In this document: in pieces, positions 37,096-50,860 of the stretch
How the letters are laid out: each line of letters begins with the position of its first letter
Numbering within the stretch: the stretch's first letter is position 1
Origin: Lama glama
Taxonomy: Eukaryota
Length of the DNA stretch: 64,000 nucleotides
Reading direction: 5' to 3'
Assembly (NCBI GenBank): GCA_028534125.1
Contig: CM052817.1
Coordinates: 76,014,001 to 76,078,000 of the forward strand
Position numbers and translations under genes: made by a program
Notes under the pieces: generated by a model
Told to the model about the DNA's origin: nothing
What the model saw: the letters and a program-made list of their open reading frames with translations, nothing else
Database searches by the model: none

Positions 37096-39994
37096 AGTAT
37101 TTGCCCTTCAGTAATCAGATTATTTCACTGAGCATAAAGTCCTCCAGATACAGCAGGATTCCCTTCTTCAAAGATGAGTAGTAGTCCACTGCATGTATAT
37201 ATCACATTGCATGTATCCTTTCATTTGTTGATGGATATTTAGGTTGGTTCAATAACGTCCCTTTTATGAATGTTTCAGCGAACACAGGTGTGCAAGTATC
37301 TCTTCAAGATCCTGTTTTCAATTCCTTACTGTATACCCAGACGTGAGATTGCTGGATCATATGGAAGTTACATTTTGAACTTTTTAAGGAATCCTCATAT
37401 TGTTTTCCATACTAACTGCACAAATTTACATTCTAACCGTGCATAGGGGTTCCATTATCTCTGCACCCTTGCCAACACTTACTACTTACTTACTTTTTCT
37501 TTTTTTATATGTATTGGCCATCCTAACAAGTTTTCTTATAGTTTTATGGATTCGGGTCTATGTTTAGGTCTTTATGCTATTCTAAGGTTTTTTTAATTTT
37601 TTTTTTGGAGGGGGATGGTCAGGTAAGGGTCCATTTTTATTTTTTCATGTGGATATCCAGTCTTTCTATCACTATGTTAAATCTTGTTACCCTTGTTGAA
37701 GATCATTTGACCATGTACATAGGGGTTTATTTCTGGATTCTTTATCTTATTCCTGTGGTCTATATATCAGTTTTTAAGCAAATAACATACTGGTTTGATT
37801 ATTGCAGCTATGTGTAATAAGTTTTAGAATCAGAGTGAGGCCTTCAACTTTGTTCCTCTTTCTTAAAACTATTTAGGCTGCTCAGGGTCTTTTAAGATGT
37901 GTTGTGAAGTTTAGAGTGGATTTTTATGTTCCTTCAAAAAAAATGCCGTTGGCTTTTGGTGGGAATTTCATTGAATCTGTAGATCACTTTGCATAGAATG
38001 GGCACCTTAACGATAGGAAGCCTTCCTGTCCGTGAACATGAGATGTCTTTTCATTTATTTGTGCCTTCTTTAATCTATATCAGCAATGTTTTATAGTTTT
38101 GAATGTATGTTTTTGCCACCTTTATAGTGTTTTTTTCAAGTATTATTTTTGATGTTATTGTAAATAGCATTGTTAATTCCCTTTCAGATTATTTACTGTT
38201 AATGTATAGAAATACAACAGATTTTTGTGTGTGTTGCTTTAATATCCTGCAGTTGCACTGAGTTTATTAGGTCTAATTTTGTGTGTGTGTGTAATCTTAA
38301 GGGTTTTCTACATAGAAGATTATGTTATCTGTGAACAGAAATAATTTTACTACCTCTTTTTCCAATTTGGCTACTTTTATATCTTGTTATTGCCTAATTT
38401 CTCTTAACCAGGGCTTCTCATAATATATTCAATAGAAGTGACAGGAGTGGACATCCTTGCCTTGTTCCTGATCTTAGATGGAAAACTTTCACTTTTTCAT
38501 CATTAAGTATTGTTAGCTGTGGTATAGTCATACCTTTGTTATGTTGAGGTAATTTTCTTTAATCATATCTTGTTGAGTGTTTTTCATTCTGAAAGAGTGT
38601 TGAACTCTGTCAGATACTTTTTATGCATCAGTTGAGATGATCTGGTGATTTTTGTCTTTTGTTGAGTTAATCTTGTGTATTCCATTTATTGATTTACACA
38701 TGTTGATCCATCTTGCATCCCAGGAATAAATCCTTCTTGGTCATGTTCTATAATCCTTTTAATGTGGCTTGTTGTTATTTTAGTCTGTAGTCCTCTTGTA
38801 GTGTCTTTGTCTGATTTTGGTATCAGGGTAATAATATTGGACTCATAAAATAAGTTTCATGAATGTTCCCTAATTTTCAAATTTTTAGAAGAGTTTGAGA
38901 AGGACTGGGATTAATTTTTCTTTATATGTTTTTTAGAATTCTTCACTGATGTCATCTCTCTTGCTCTGGGCTTTTCTTTGTGGGAGGTTTTTGACTACTG
39001 TTTAAGTCTCCCTACTTATACATCTGTTCGGATTTTGTATTCCTTATAAATTTTTCAATTTTGGTAGGTTGCATGTTTCTAGGAATTTATTTTTTCTAGG
39101 TTATCCAGTTTGATGGAGCAGTAGTCTTGTAATCATTTTTTTAAATTTCTGAGGCATCCATTGGAATGCCTCCTCTTTAATTTCTGATTTTATTTATTTG
39201 AGTCTCTTTTTATTAGTTGATATAGCTAAAGTCTGGTTAATTTTTTTTTCTCTTTCTCAAAGAATCAACCGTTAGTTTTATTGCTGGTTTTTAACTTGTA
39301 TTTTTCTATTCTCTATTTCTGCTCTAATTGTTATTACCTTCCTTCTGCTATCTTTGGATTTAGTTTTTTTTTTTTTTTGAGCTGTAAACTTAGGTTATTA
39401 ATTTGATCTTTTCCTTTTTTTAAATGCAGACATTTACCACTATAAATTTCCCTCTTATTAATGATTTTACTATATTCTATAAATTTTGGTATGTTAAGTT
39501 TTCATTTTCATATATCTCAAGGTATTTTCTAATTGCCCTTTTATTTTTTTTCCCCCAATGGTTGTTCAATTTGTGGTGTTTTATTTCCATGTATTTTTTG
39601 ATTTTTTCTGTTTTTCTTTTGCTACTGATACCTAGTATCATTCCATTCTGGTTGGACAAGAAACTTCATATAATCAATTTTCTTAAATTCATTATTTTAT
39701 TTTCTTATTTATGGTCTAACATGCAATCTGTCCTGGAGAATGTTTTGTATGCACTTAATGTGTACTCTGTTGCTGTGAGTGGATATTCTATATATGTCCA
39801 TTAGCTGCAATTAGAATAATGTTGTTCAAGTCCTCTCTTTCCTTATTGATACTTCTGTATAGTTGTTCTATCCATTATTAAAAATGAGATATTGAATTTG
39901 CCTAGTATTATTGTATTGCTGTCTATTTCTCCTTTTAATACTGTCAATATTTACTTCATATATTTGGTGATAGATGAATATATACTTTTATATA

Positions 39995-41984
39995 TATTTT
40001 TATTGAAGTATCGTCAGTTTACAACATTGTGTCAATTCCTGGTGTACAGCACAATGCTTCAATCATATAGGAACATACACATATTCATTTTTATATTCTT
40101 TTTCATCATAAGGTACTACAAGATAGTGAATATAGTTCCCTGTGCTATACATTATAAACTTGTAGTTTATCTGTTTTATATGTATTAGTATCTGCAAATC
40201 TCAAACTCCCAATTTATCCCTTCCTACCCACTTGTCTCCCTGGTAACCGTAAGTATGTTTTCTGTGTTTGTGAGTCTATTTCTATTTTGTAGATAAGTTC
40301 AATTCTCTTTTTTTTTTTAAGATTCCACATATAAATGATATCATATGGTTTTTTTCTTTCTCTTTCTGGCTTACTTCATTTAGAATGACATTCTCCAGGT
40401 CCATCCACGTTCCTGCAAATCGCATTATTTTATTTTATTTTTTACAGCTGAGTAGTATTCCATTGTATAAATGTGCTACAACTTCTTTATCTAGTTATCT
40501 GTCGATGGACATTCAGGTTGTTTCCATGTCTTGGCTATTGTAAATAGTGCTGCTGTGAACATCGGGGTGCATGTATCTTTTTGAATTAGGTTCCCTCTCA
40601 ATATATGCCCAGGAGTGGGACTGCTGGATCATATGATAAGTCCTTTGAGGAATCTCCACACTGTTTTCCATAATGGCTGCATCAAACTACATTCCCACCA
40701 GCAGTGTAGGAGGGTTCTCTTTTCTCCATACCCTCTCCAGCATTTATTATTCATGGACTTTTGAATGATGGCCATTGTGACTGGTGTGAGATGATACTTC
40801 ATTGCAGTTTTGCTTTGCGTTTCTCTGATAATTAGTGATATGGAGCATTTTTTCATGTGCCTATTGGTCGTTTGTATGTCTGAATTGGAGCATTGCTTGT
40901 TTATGTCTTCTGCCCATTTTTGGATTGGATTTTCTTTTTTTTCCCTTATTAACTTGTGTGAACTGTTTATATATTCTGGAAATTAAGCCTTTGTCAGTCA
41001 CATCCTTTGCAAATATTTTCTCCCATTCCTTAGTCTATCCTTTTGTTTTGCTTATGGTTTCCTTTCCTGTGCAAAAGCTTTTAAGTTTAATTAGGTCCCA
41101 TTTGTTGGTTTTTGCTTTTATTTCCATTGCCTGGGTAGACTGCTCTAGGAGAACATTGCTAAGATTTATGCCAGAGAATAGTTTGCCTATGTTTTCTTCT
41201 AGGAGGTTTATAGTATCTTGCCTTATGTTTAAGTCTATAAGTCATTTTGAGTTTATTTTTGTGTATGGGGTGAGGGAGTATTCTAACTTCATTGATTTAC
41301 ATGCAGCTGTCCAGTTTTCCCAACACCATTTGCTGAAAAGACTGTCTTTATTCCATTGTATGTTCTTACCTCTTTTGTCAAAGATTGACCATAGATCTGT
41401 GGGTTTATTTCTGGGCTCTCTATTCTATTCCATTGATCCATATGTCTGTTTTTATGCCAACATTATGCTGTTTTGATTACTGTAGCTCTGTAGTATTGTC
41501 TGAAGTCTGGGATAATTGCTTTGGCAATACTGAGTCTTTTGTGATTCCATATAAAATTTTAGGATTATTTGTGCTAATTCTTCAAAAAATGTCCTGGGTA
41601 ATTTGATAGGGATCACATTAAATCTGTAGATTGCCTTGGTCAGTATGGCCATTTTAGCAATATTGATTCTTACAATCCAAGAGAATGGGATATCCATTTC
41701 TTTAAGTCATCTTTAATTTCCTTCATCAGTGTTTTATAGTTCTCCATGGATAAGTCTTTCACCTCCTTGGTCAGATTTATTCCTAAGTGTTTTATTGTTT
41801 TGGATGAGATTTTAAAAGGGATTGTTTCTTTACTTTTTCTGTTGTTTCATTGTTAGGGTAAAGAAATGCCACTGATTTCTGTATGTTAATCTTGTATCCT
41901 GCTACCTTGCTGAATTCTTTTATCAGCTCTAGTAGTTTTTTGTGGAGTTTTTTGGGTTTTCTATATGTAGTATCATGTCATCCA
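39995..41984 (-). mobile_element. Young 5'-truncated L1 (camelid-type), ~2 kb
   Basis: 3' UTR tttttattgaagtat..gtcagtttacaa...gttccctgtgctatac; well-preserved ORF2 C-terminus (40629-40856 [35 protein letters not shown]; 41452-41697 [33 protein letters not shown]). Confidence 0.93.
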
Positions 41985-42149
41985 CAAAAAACTGTTACAA
42001 AGCCACTAATTCTTGACCACTTTTTTCCCTCCCACTAGTCTTGGTATCATTCTTGAGCACATTTTTTCCCTCAGCCCCAATATCTAAACAGTACTTACTC
42101 ATAAGTACTGCCCCTACTACGATCCATGTTCTGTGCTTCTATTCTCTTA

Positions 42150-42965
42150 GCAAGATATAGTGGGAGAAAAACATGAAGCTACACTAAAAATACTTATTTT
42201 AATTTTGTGCCTACAAACGTAAAATGGATCCTTTAAACTGCACAATAGACACACAGGAAGTGGCCAGTCCACTCTCTGGACCACTCTTCTGGGTGATTAT
42301 TTTATATTCCTCCTCTCCCCTCAGACCATATCAGCGGCTTTACCATTGTCATTCACCCAATTGTTTTGCTTCCTTCTTCACTGAGAAAATTGAATCCATG
42401 AGAATTCTGCAAATTCTAATAACTACAGCTATTTAGTTGCCAACATCGGCAATCATGTTCTCTGCCTTATAGTCTTTGATCTTACATGAAATTTCTACTC
42501 GCTAATGAAAAACAATCTCCATTCGTGCATGAGATTCAATATTCTCTCACCTACCTGAAAAGATACTGCTTTAGGACTTCTTTCTTTTTACTACAACATC
42601 AAATTTTCACTCTCTGACATCTTTTTCATAAGCACACAAGGATACGTATTTCTCTTGATAACATTCTCCTGGCAGTTACTGCCCCCCCCCCTTTTTTTTT
42701 ACTCTACTTGGATCCTTTTCAGGTGAGTTGTGAATACATTCTTCCTCCAATTCCTCTCCTCGCCTGCTCTCTTTAATCCAGTTTACTTCACTCTGCAGAG
42801 ACTGCTCTTGTCAGGGTTATGTATTGCTTGAGCTAAATCAGTACCTGACATAGTTGACCACTTCCTCCTCCTTGATCCGTTTCCCCACTTGGCTTCACTT
42901 TGTCTCAGTGTTCATTCTACCTCAGTGTCCTTTGTAGATTCTTCCCTTCTCCAAGCTCTTAATAT
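42150..42965 (+). mobile_element. L2 fragments
   Basis: ttgcttccttcttcactgagaaaattgaa; ctctgcagagactgctcttgtcaggg; tgacatagttgaccacttcctcctccttga...cacttggcttc. Confidence 0.7.
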
Positions 42966-44189
42966 TTTGTGCATTTTCTGTAAATATATGTATTTTTATA
43001 ATATAAAGCATTTTCATGAAATATACTATGCCTATATAATTAATGTGTCAAAAATGGTATAGTCATGTATTGATGAAAACCTGTCAAAGTTACTGAAAAA
43101 ATTTAAAACTAAAGGTTATCTTAGAAAAGGAATTTCTGTGACTCTTTGTCACTGCTCAAAATGACAAGTTAAATTTGACATTGTAGTGATGGAATTATTC
43201 AAAGCTGTTCTGATAAGAAATCAAAACCATTCAATCAAATACATACTGTGGTTGAAATGCAGAACTATTTCCAGTATAAGTTGGACTGAATTGATAAATT
43301 AGGACTTGAGACCTTTACTTTTTATTATCAAATCAGTGACTTTTCCAGTTTTCACCAATAATAATGTTCTCAGATTACATTAGTGGGAAATTTAATTTTA
43401 CCCACTCATAACACTTTCTCTGTGTGCCACTGGACATAATTTAGTAGACATCATTTTAATTTTCATTTTGAAAATGCATTCCATTGTAATGTCCATATTT
43501 AAAAATGAAATAGAACACTTAACCAACTACTATAAAATTTTTCAGTGATATGATCCAGCCATGAAAATTAGAAGTCAGTGTTCCAATGTGTGTTCACCTA
43601 CTTACTACTAAAATGCTGGAACATCCTAAGATGGGATGCCATGTGTTTGTCAGATTTTGTAACAACACCTCATTAATCAAGAACACATCATATGGTGAAA
43701 TAGTCTCCACCTGCAAAATTCTTGAGGGAAATGTTGAAAAATATCAGTTATTTTGGCATATTCTCAGTTCTCTAGCATCCTTTGGTAAAAAAAAAAAATC
43801 ACATTAAGGCATTTGACTGGCTTTTCATACTCTTCTTTTGTGAGATCTACACTTTGAAACCTGCAGTATCCAGAGACTTTTTCACAGCGTGGGAATCTAG
43901 TGCTTCCCGAGGCCCGGCCGCCCTGGCGCCCCTGCCCGGGGCCCTGTTGCAGGAATGCTCCAGTGACCGGCTTCCCGGTGCTGGTGAGTGACTGGTGGCT
44001 CAGCAGACTGTACCTTCCATACCTCAGAGGGTCAGGCCCAGCGGCACAGTCCCCGGGCCAAGCTTACCGTCTCACTTTTCTGCCTTTGAAAGGTAACTGC
44101 TGGCAGGGAATCCCAAGATGTCCCTGATCGTAGACTGTCGAGATGCCTATGTCTGTGATTTCCTTTCTCTGCGCGCTCAGTCCCAGCCA

Positions 44190-44930
44190 GCCCCACGTCT
44201 AATTACTGTGCTGACAGACTCCTGAACTTCTATTTTCTGCCAGGATATCTTCTGCAACTACATCCTCATATATCAAGCTGAGTACTTGACATTTCTTCTA
44301 GTGTGTGAAAGACTCTCAGATTTATCATGTCCAAAATTAGGCTGGTGCTTTCTCCTGGAAACAGTCTCCATCCCACCTGCCCCGTCTCAGTCGGGATCCC
44401 AGCTTCCCAGTTGCACAGGGAATAGCGCCATCCTTGATTATTTTTCATACCACTCACCCAATACATCAGAAACTCCTGTTGCCCGTAACTTCAACTAACC
44501 TCAAACTACATGAATTATCTAATCCCTGCACACTGCCTCTTCTGTTATCACCCAAAGTCTTCTCTGATCAAGGTTACCGTTACAGCTTCCTGATAGATTT
44601 TTCTGCTTCTACACCTGCCCTCTGATAGTTTTTTTCTCAAAATATTCGGGTGATTGTTTTAAAATATCAGTTTGAGTTTGTCACTCCTCTGTTTAAACTA
44701 TGCAGTGATTCTCCTTTTCACTAAGATTAGCAGCCAAAGTCCATACAGTGGCCTACGGGCTATGTTGTCCTGTTAGCCCCAAACCCTCTGACCTGCTCTG
44801 GTTTCTCTCCATTCAGTGACTCAGTTCCAGCCACACTGTTACCCTTGCTCTTTATGAATGCTCTAGGCCACCTCCCGCCCGATGGCCTTGCTGTATGGCT
44901 GTTTATTATTTTTTTCCCATAGTGCTTGTG
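44190..44930 (+). mobile_element. L2 3' region
   Basis: acttgacatttc...ctcagatttatcatgtccaaaat...tgtcactcctctgtttaaac...gccaaagtcc...cagttccagccacactg. Confidence 0.75.
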
Positions 44931-45117
44931 GTTTTCCCATAGAATATTTAGTTTATCACTGAAAACCCCTGAAAAAAAATTCACAGCAAAGCTTCTTTCC
45001 TAGATCGTAGTTAAGATTTAGGTACTATTAGACTTAATGAATGTCAGCTATTTAGATAGAAGAAAAATTGTTAAATATTTCAGCACTGATGAGACTGAAA
45101 CTGTCTTGTATACAATG

Positions 45118-45141
45118 TATTCTATTGTATACAATAGAATA
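45118..45141. repeat. Perfect 24-bp palindrome
   Basis: tattctattgtatacaatagaata equals its own reverse complement. Confidence 0.95.
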
Positions 45142-47330
45142 AGCACTTCATCTCTGAATAGTCACAGCTAACATCTTTTTTTTTTCATCTTGCTGAAGGA
45201 ATTCTGTCTGTGCATTCTCTCTGTGCCTCCTTTTTCTACAACTTCACTCACCCATCACCCCACCATACCTCTGCCCCTTTTCCAACTCCTGCAGAGTCTA
45301 CTTTGTGTTAGTTAAGGATTTGAGGCATTAGATGTCTTAAAAGGGTAAAACCAGGGTAAAGGAGATAAAGTGACAGGATTTCAGAGCTGAGAGGAAAGGA
45401 AGAGTGCTTAGCCCCAAGTGCAAAAGCAATTATACATTATCATACTGATAGAAAGGAAGAGCTATAAGCCTAAACCTTTAGGCTAAGAAAATGTTTCCAC
45501 ATTTTGCTTGTTTCAGAGAGGGATGAAGATGAAAAAAGAACCGCAGGCATAACTGCCAGGTGTATTGAAATGGATAAGAAGTAAAATAAACTTAAAAAGA
45601 AATACTGTTGACTAAGGATTTGGATCACTTTCAAGGGGTTCTCAAAATACAAGTAAAGCATTATAGTATTTAAGTGTAATTTTCAGTTGTCACGTGATTT
45701 ATTTTTATATTTAAATTTTTTTGCCATCTTGGATGTAGAGATTAGTTCATTTCATAATTAAAACTTGAATGGGGTCCTGTACTGACCACTGATGATAGTT
45801 TACGTATGTAAGTTTTATTTTCATTATCTGTATGATTCACAATACATACAGGTGGAAGTCCTTCCCTTTTATCATATATGTGCTTAAATGAAGTAGATTG
45901 GCCATATAGTATTCATACAAAATCACATGCATATAACAAAGAGTGGAATGCAGTCATATAACCTCTATATCATTTTATATACTATGCATTATATATAATA
46001 TACAAATAGATTGATACGTACCTTTGAATAGCCTTATGAAACACGCAGTGATGTTTTGTGAACACATTTTACGTAATATGAACTATATAGATTCTCAGTC
46101 TGCGATAATGACTGTTTTCCCCCAATGTAATGTAGACTGATAAAAAAAAGGGAAAAATTAAAGATAACATAAATATTCCAGCGTTTTATTATTAAATATG
46201 ACACACATGAAGATACATTTTGGTAAGTACAGTAAGGCAAATATTGCATGAGGAAAAGAATTTTAAGATTGTGCAGTTTATTGAAAGTGAAATTATGAAT
46301 GAAATGTTAACTCCCCACTTTATATGCTTGCGTGGACACTTTGAATGGATAAAATGTTTCATGTTTGTTTTCTTCTACTTTCTCATGTCTATTAATTAAA
46401 ATCTATTCCTCTTATACTTTTTTATGTTTAAGATGGGTTTTTATTTTTCTTCAGTCTTTTTTTTTTCCCTGAGCTTGATCAAAAGTAGATCCATTTCTAG
46501 TTTGTCCCTTTTTGTACTTAGGTTTAAAATTTATTGTTCCAGATGTTTTCATCAACTGAAATGCTGTTATTTGCATTTCTGTTTTCTTTAGGAGGTTAGG
46601 ATGCAGCTTGTTTTTCTTTGTTCCTGTTCCTTTGGGGATTGATCTTTCATGTTCATGAGTTTTTTTGGTCTGTATTGTGAAGTACAATTTCTTTATTCAA
46701 CAAAGTTAGTGGTAGGTGGTGAGAGAATGGCTTACCAGTGTTTTTTGTTTCCTTTACATTTCTGTAGGATGTTGGCGTTCCCTTCAGACCTTATGGTCCT
46801 TCCTTTTCTATTTACATGATTATTCCCCAGAATCAGAGTTTCTACCAGGCTGCCACCTTCATTCCTGGGCACTTTCAAGAGCTTTCATTGTGCCACCAAG
46901 TCACAATATCTTCATTTGACGTTGAGTCCTGGTCATTGTCTCTGTGGAGGCAGGTTTTCCTGTCCTTTTAAATTTATTCTTTAGCCCCAGCCCTCCTTTT
47001 TTTACAAATCTAAGACTCTCAGGGCTCCTCTTCCCCATCTGGTTGATTTGAAGTTTTTAGTATTCTGTCTCCTAATAATGTTGAAGTCATAAGTTGTGTA
47101 TGAACTTATTTGTATTATTTATATGTATTACTCTCAAATTTAAATATTTTGAGGGATGAATGCATAGAGCTTGATTTAAGCAGCTACCATTAACATTTGA
47201 AAATATTTTCAGTACCATGTTCATCAATATTTCAAGATTTTAAAGTGACATATAAGCTTGCATCTTACTTATTCAATTATCCAGTCTAGGCTCGATTGAT
47301 GGCAGCATGACTCAGAGGATTATATACATC

Positions 47331-47719
47331 TGCTAGGGATTGAATGTTTATGTCCTTCCCAAATTTGTACTTCCATATAGTAAAGCCCTAGCCCCCAGTG
47401 TGGCTATATTTGAAGATAGGACCTCTAAGGAAGTAACTAAGGGTAAATGAGATTATAAGGGTGGTGGTCTGGTCTGATGGGATTAGTGTCCCTGTAAGAT
47501 GGGATACCCGAGCTTGCACCACTCTCAGTCCCTCTCTGCACACTTGAACCAAGAAAAGGACAGGTGAGGACATAGCAAGAGTAAGTCAGGAAGTGTTCTC
47601 ACCAGCAACCTAATAGGCTGGAACATTGGTCTTGGACTTCAGTCTCTAGAACTGTGAGAAAATAAGTCTCCGTAGTTTAACCAACAGAATTTTGTACGGA
47701 AGTCCTAGGAATTAATACA
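47331..47719 (+). mobile_element. MaLR solo LTR (MLT1A/B-like)
   Basis: tgctagggattgaatgtttatgtcc...gggattagtgtccctgtaag...gtcttggacttcagtctctagaactgtgagaaaataa...taataca. Confidence 0.88.
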
Positions 47720-49869
47720 ATATCTAAATTACTTCTGTTTTATTTTAGTAACACCTTTGAGAAGTTTCAAAAGGTATATTGATGTGAAGAAAATTCTTTT
47801 TAATTATTATCCAAAAGGAAGCATGTGATGCCATATTTTCAGTAGTCATCGGCATTCATTACTTGCTACTTCTAAAGATTTATTTTCTAAAGGTATAGCT
47901 AAAAATAAATGACAATAAAATAGATTACAAATTCAGAAATTTAATGCATTAATTATCTTCAGATAGAAATTAAAATTTTTAAATTTTTTATTCACATCCA
48001 TAAGTTGTCACCTAATGTTGTAGGTGAGCAATATCAAAATTATCAATGTGATAGGTTGATAATTGCTGCTCAGTTATGGAGCATGTTATTATGTAACATC
48101 AGTAGAAGCTAGAACTATTTGTTCCAGGCTTTATTTTAATTTTTTCTGTAAAATTGACCTTAAAACATGTTGTATTAATTCTTTTCATATAGTTTTAAAA
48201 CTAATAATTCCAAACCTAGCTGCCCATATTACACTTCTTAAAAGTTGGGGCCACACTGGTTTTGTATCCAACAGATACATCTAAACTATGATTTATAAAG
48301 CTGAGAAAAATAAAATCAATTATCTCTTAGCTGATTATATGTGTATTGTATAAACTAATCGTACACTGCCATCGTTTGGCATCAAATTTCATGCTGACCA
48401 ATGTAAAAAAGTGAAGGCTATGAAGTTCAGTGCACAGTAAACATTGAATTATATAATTTCTAACTCAAATAAAAATTTCAACTATTGCAGGTTTCACGAA
48501 TAATCCCGTATCAATTGAAAAGCCAATTCAAGTTTAAAATACTCTTTGCATTTTATGTATCTGTACTTGAGCATGTATATGTGTATGCCTTTGTGCATAC
48601 ACACTTGCCCTTTGCATGTTCCATTCCATAGCTTTATAATATTTTCATGTTCTCTTTAATTTCACTTGGATTTTTAATTTAATATTTAGAATATTTTCTC
48701 AAAAGTCAGAAATCCCTAAAGACAAATATTCTTCACATTTTCAGAAGCTGTTATATATTGTGTTGGATTTAGGCATTTTTACCTTTTTTTTTGGTATTTG
48801 GGAGAACATTGAAAGAGGTCTATATAAGAAAACAATTTGAAAAATTCATAACATTTATTAGACCTGAAAATAATGAATCGAAAATTGTTTTTAAAAATCT
48901 AAAATTTGGCATAATCAGTACCTTCAAAAATGTGTTATAGAAGTAGCTTTATTTTAAAGGAAATCTTTGAAATTAAACTTAAATAGTACTGTATGTCAGC
49001 TCTATCACAATCAAAAAAGTGAAAAATCTTCGAATAACGATACCCAGGGAAGGTTTAGCTTTTATACTTTGCAACTATTCTCTCTCAGGAGGTCAGTCTA
49101 TCACAAAACATACTAAAAAGCTTTCTTGTCAATCTTTACATTTTCCTTAAAACAACTCTTTCCTTATTCTTGTTTGCCCAAGTGACATACTTTTTGAATA
49201 GTTGATATTTCTTTGAAATCACCTTGTGTAAGTTACTTCTTAGGTAAGTAAGTGTAAGGTAAAAGTAAGATTTAGCATGTGCTTTCTTTCAGCTCTCATC
49301 CTCTTGAGAGTCTTTTATTAAGCCAATTTCAAAGTACAATTCTTTATTATAATTGAATTTTCTTTTATAGATAGACTGTTAGGCTGAATTGCTTTATAAC
49401 TGAGGGGAAGACTAGAAATGCATAAAAACAGATAGGAAACCCTGCTTAAGAAAAATACTTAAGAGAAAACAGTTATCCATTGTTAGTGTGGTTTAATGTG
49501 TCAAGACAAAGTTCTTTTTATTTTTCTCTTTCAGGTAATGTAAAATATAAGATCTGAAAATAAAAACTCTGATAAAATTGAAGTTCAATGGATTCTTTAA
49601 GGTTTTCATGAGGAAAATGGTCTAAGTTGTCTGAATTTTTTCCTACCATAAGTTAAACCTCTTGATGTATAAGAGGTTTATCACTAAGGATATTTTGAAA
49701 TTATATATATATATTTAAAATATAATTTGCATTGCTTTTAAAAGGAACATTATTAAGAAACTAATATAGAGATAATTATTTTTTCTCTTTCACTCTGTGG
49801 AGAAATATTTATGAAGCCATCACTGTCCTTTGAAGGTACAACTTTGGGCTTGATATGTGGTAACACATT

Positions 49870-50480
49870 CAGTTCAGGTATCGCATTCTCAGAATGGCCT
49901 TCCTCAGTTACTTAAAACAGCGCCTCACTTCAGCTCCTCTTCAGTAAGTCTCCAAGGCATTACCTTATTTTAGTTTAGTTATAGTCCTTAACAGGAGTAG
50001 AAATGACCACATTTATCCCTTTGTTACCTCCTTCTCTCTACTAGATTTTAAGCTCCAAATGGTAGCTCCTTTGTTAACCAAGCTTGATTGAAGCTTCTCT
50101 GGGCCCTCTTTCTGACTAGGCCTCATCTTTGGACCTTGTCTTTGCCTGCCTCCTCCAGCTGTAGCAAGAAATGTGCTCAGGCTAGTTAGAACCCCCCACC
50201 TCATGATCTGATCCCCTGACCTGCTTTCAGCAAGAATTCTAAGTTGGTTTAGCAACAATCCCCGTACCCTTGGTATCTCCTCTTAGTAATTTTTCATTTA
50301 GAGACTTGTTGGCTACAAATCCCCACCTGCCTTTGCTATATTTGGAGTTGAGCCTGATCTCCTGAATGATGTCTTTCTTACTGTTTGATAATGTGTCAGA
50401 ATAATTTGATCATCTCAGCATCTGTAGTAGTGCCTGGCATGTAGAAAACACAGCGTGCATTTCCTGAAGGAATGTGTGAG
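49870..50480 (+). mobile_element. L2 3' end, split by a MER31-like LTR
   Basis: ctcagaatggccttcct...ctagattttaagctcca, then after the LTR cagcatctgtagtagtgcctggcatgtag...gaaggaatg. Confidence 0.7.
50070..50406 (+). mobile_element. ERV1 solo LTR (MER31-like)
   Basis: accaagcttg..ctctgggccctctttctgactaggcctc...cagcaagaattct..ggtttagcaacaatcccc...ctcttagtaatttt...ggagttgagcc. Confidence 0.78.
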
Positions 50481-50594
50481 TACCGTGACTAATAGTGATA
50501 CTAAGTATACGAGAGTTAAAGTTTATACAGATCTGTGCATATGGAACATACTGAGATGTGCACACGTTAAAGTGGGAAAACAAAGACATCAGCA

Positions 50595-50830
50595 CCTGAG
50601 GATCTGGAGCGATCGCCGGAGCTTCAGTCCTGATGGCGCCTCTGAGCTGTGTGACTTTGGGCAAGTTATCAATCTCTTGGAGCTTTAGTTTCTTTGTTCA
50701 TATAATTCAGTTAATAAAAGTACCTGAATGATGGAGTATTAAGGCAACAATAAATGAGTTAATACATTTGAATTCTTGAAGAAGAAGAAGATCAAATAAT
50801 GCAGTCCGTATACAGTAGCTACTGTCATTA
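50595..50830 (+). mobile_element. MIR SINE
   Basis: agctgtgtgactttgggcaagttatcaatctcttggagctttagtttc...taataaaagtacct. Confidence 0.8.
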
Positions 50831-50860
50831 GGAGGAATATTAGCATTAATAATGCCACTG

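Larger units (their letters stand above)
35570..39975 (-). mobile_element. Old L1 (L1MA10/L1MB-like): 3' UTR and most of ORF2, split by an ERV at 35823-37095
   Basis: 3' end ttgtggttaaaaac...aagtgtacaatacagtattg...cagatctcta; resumes at 37096 agtatttgcc; ORF2 remnant 39477-39659 (KLNNHW..AIRKYLEIYENENLTYQNL); internal deletions. Confidence 0.88.

Noticed and set aside
40835..41476. 213-aa hydrophobic plus-strand ORF
   Set aside because: Antisense frame of L1 ORF2, a common spurious ORF.
43915..43940. Possible CTCF site
   Set aside because: Spacing does not fit the CCASYAGRKGGCRS core; not supportable by eye.
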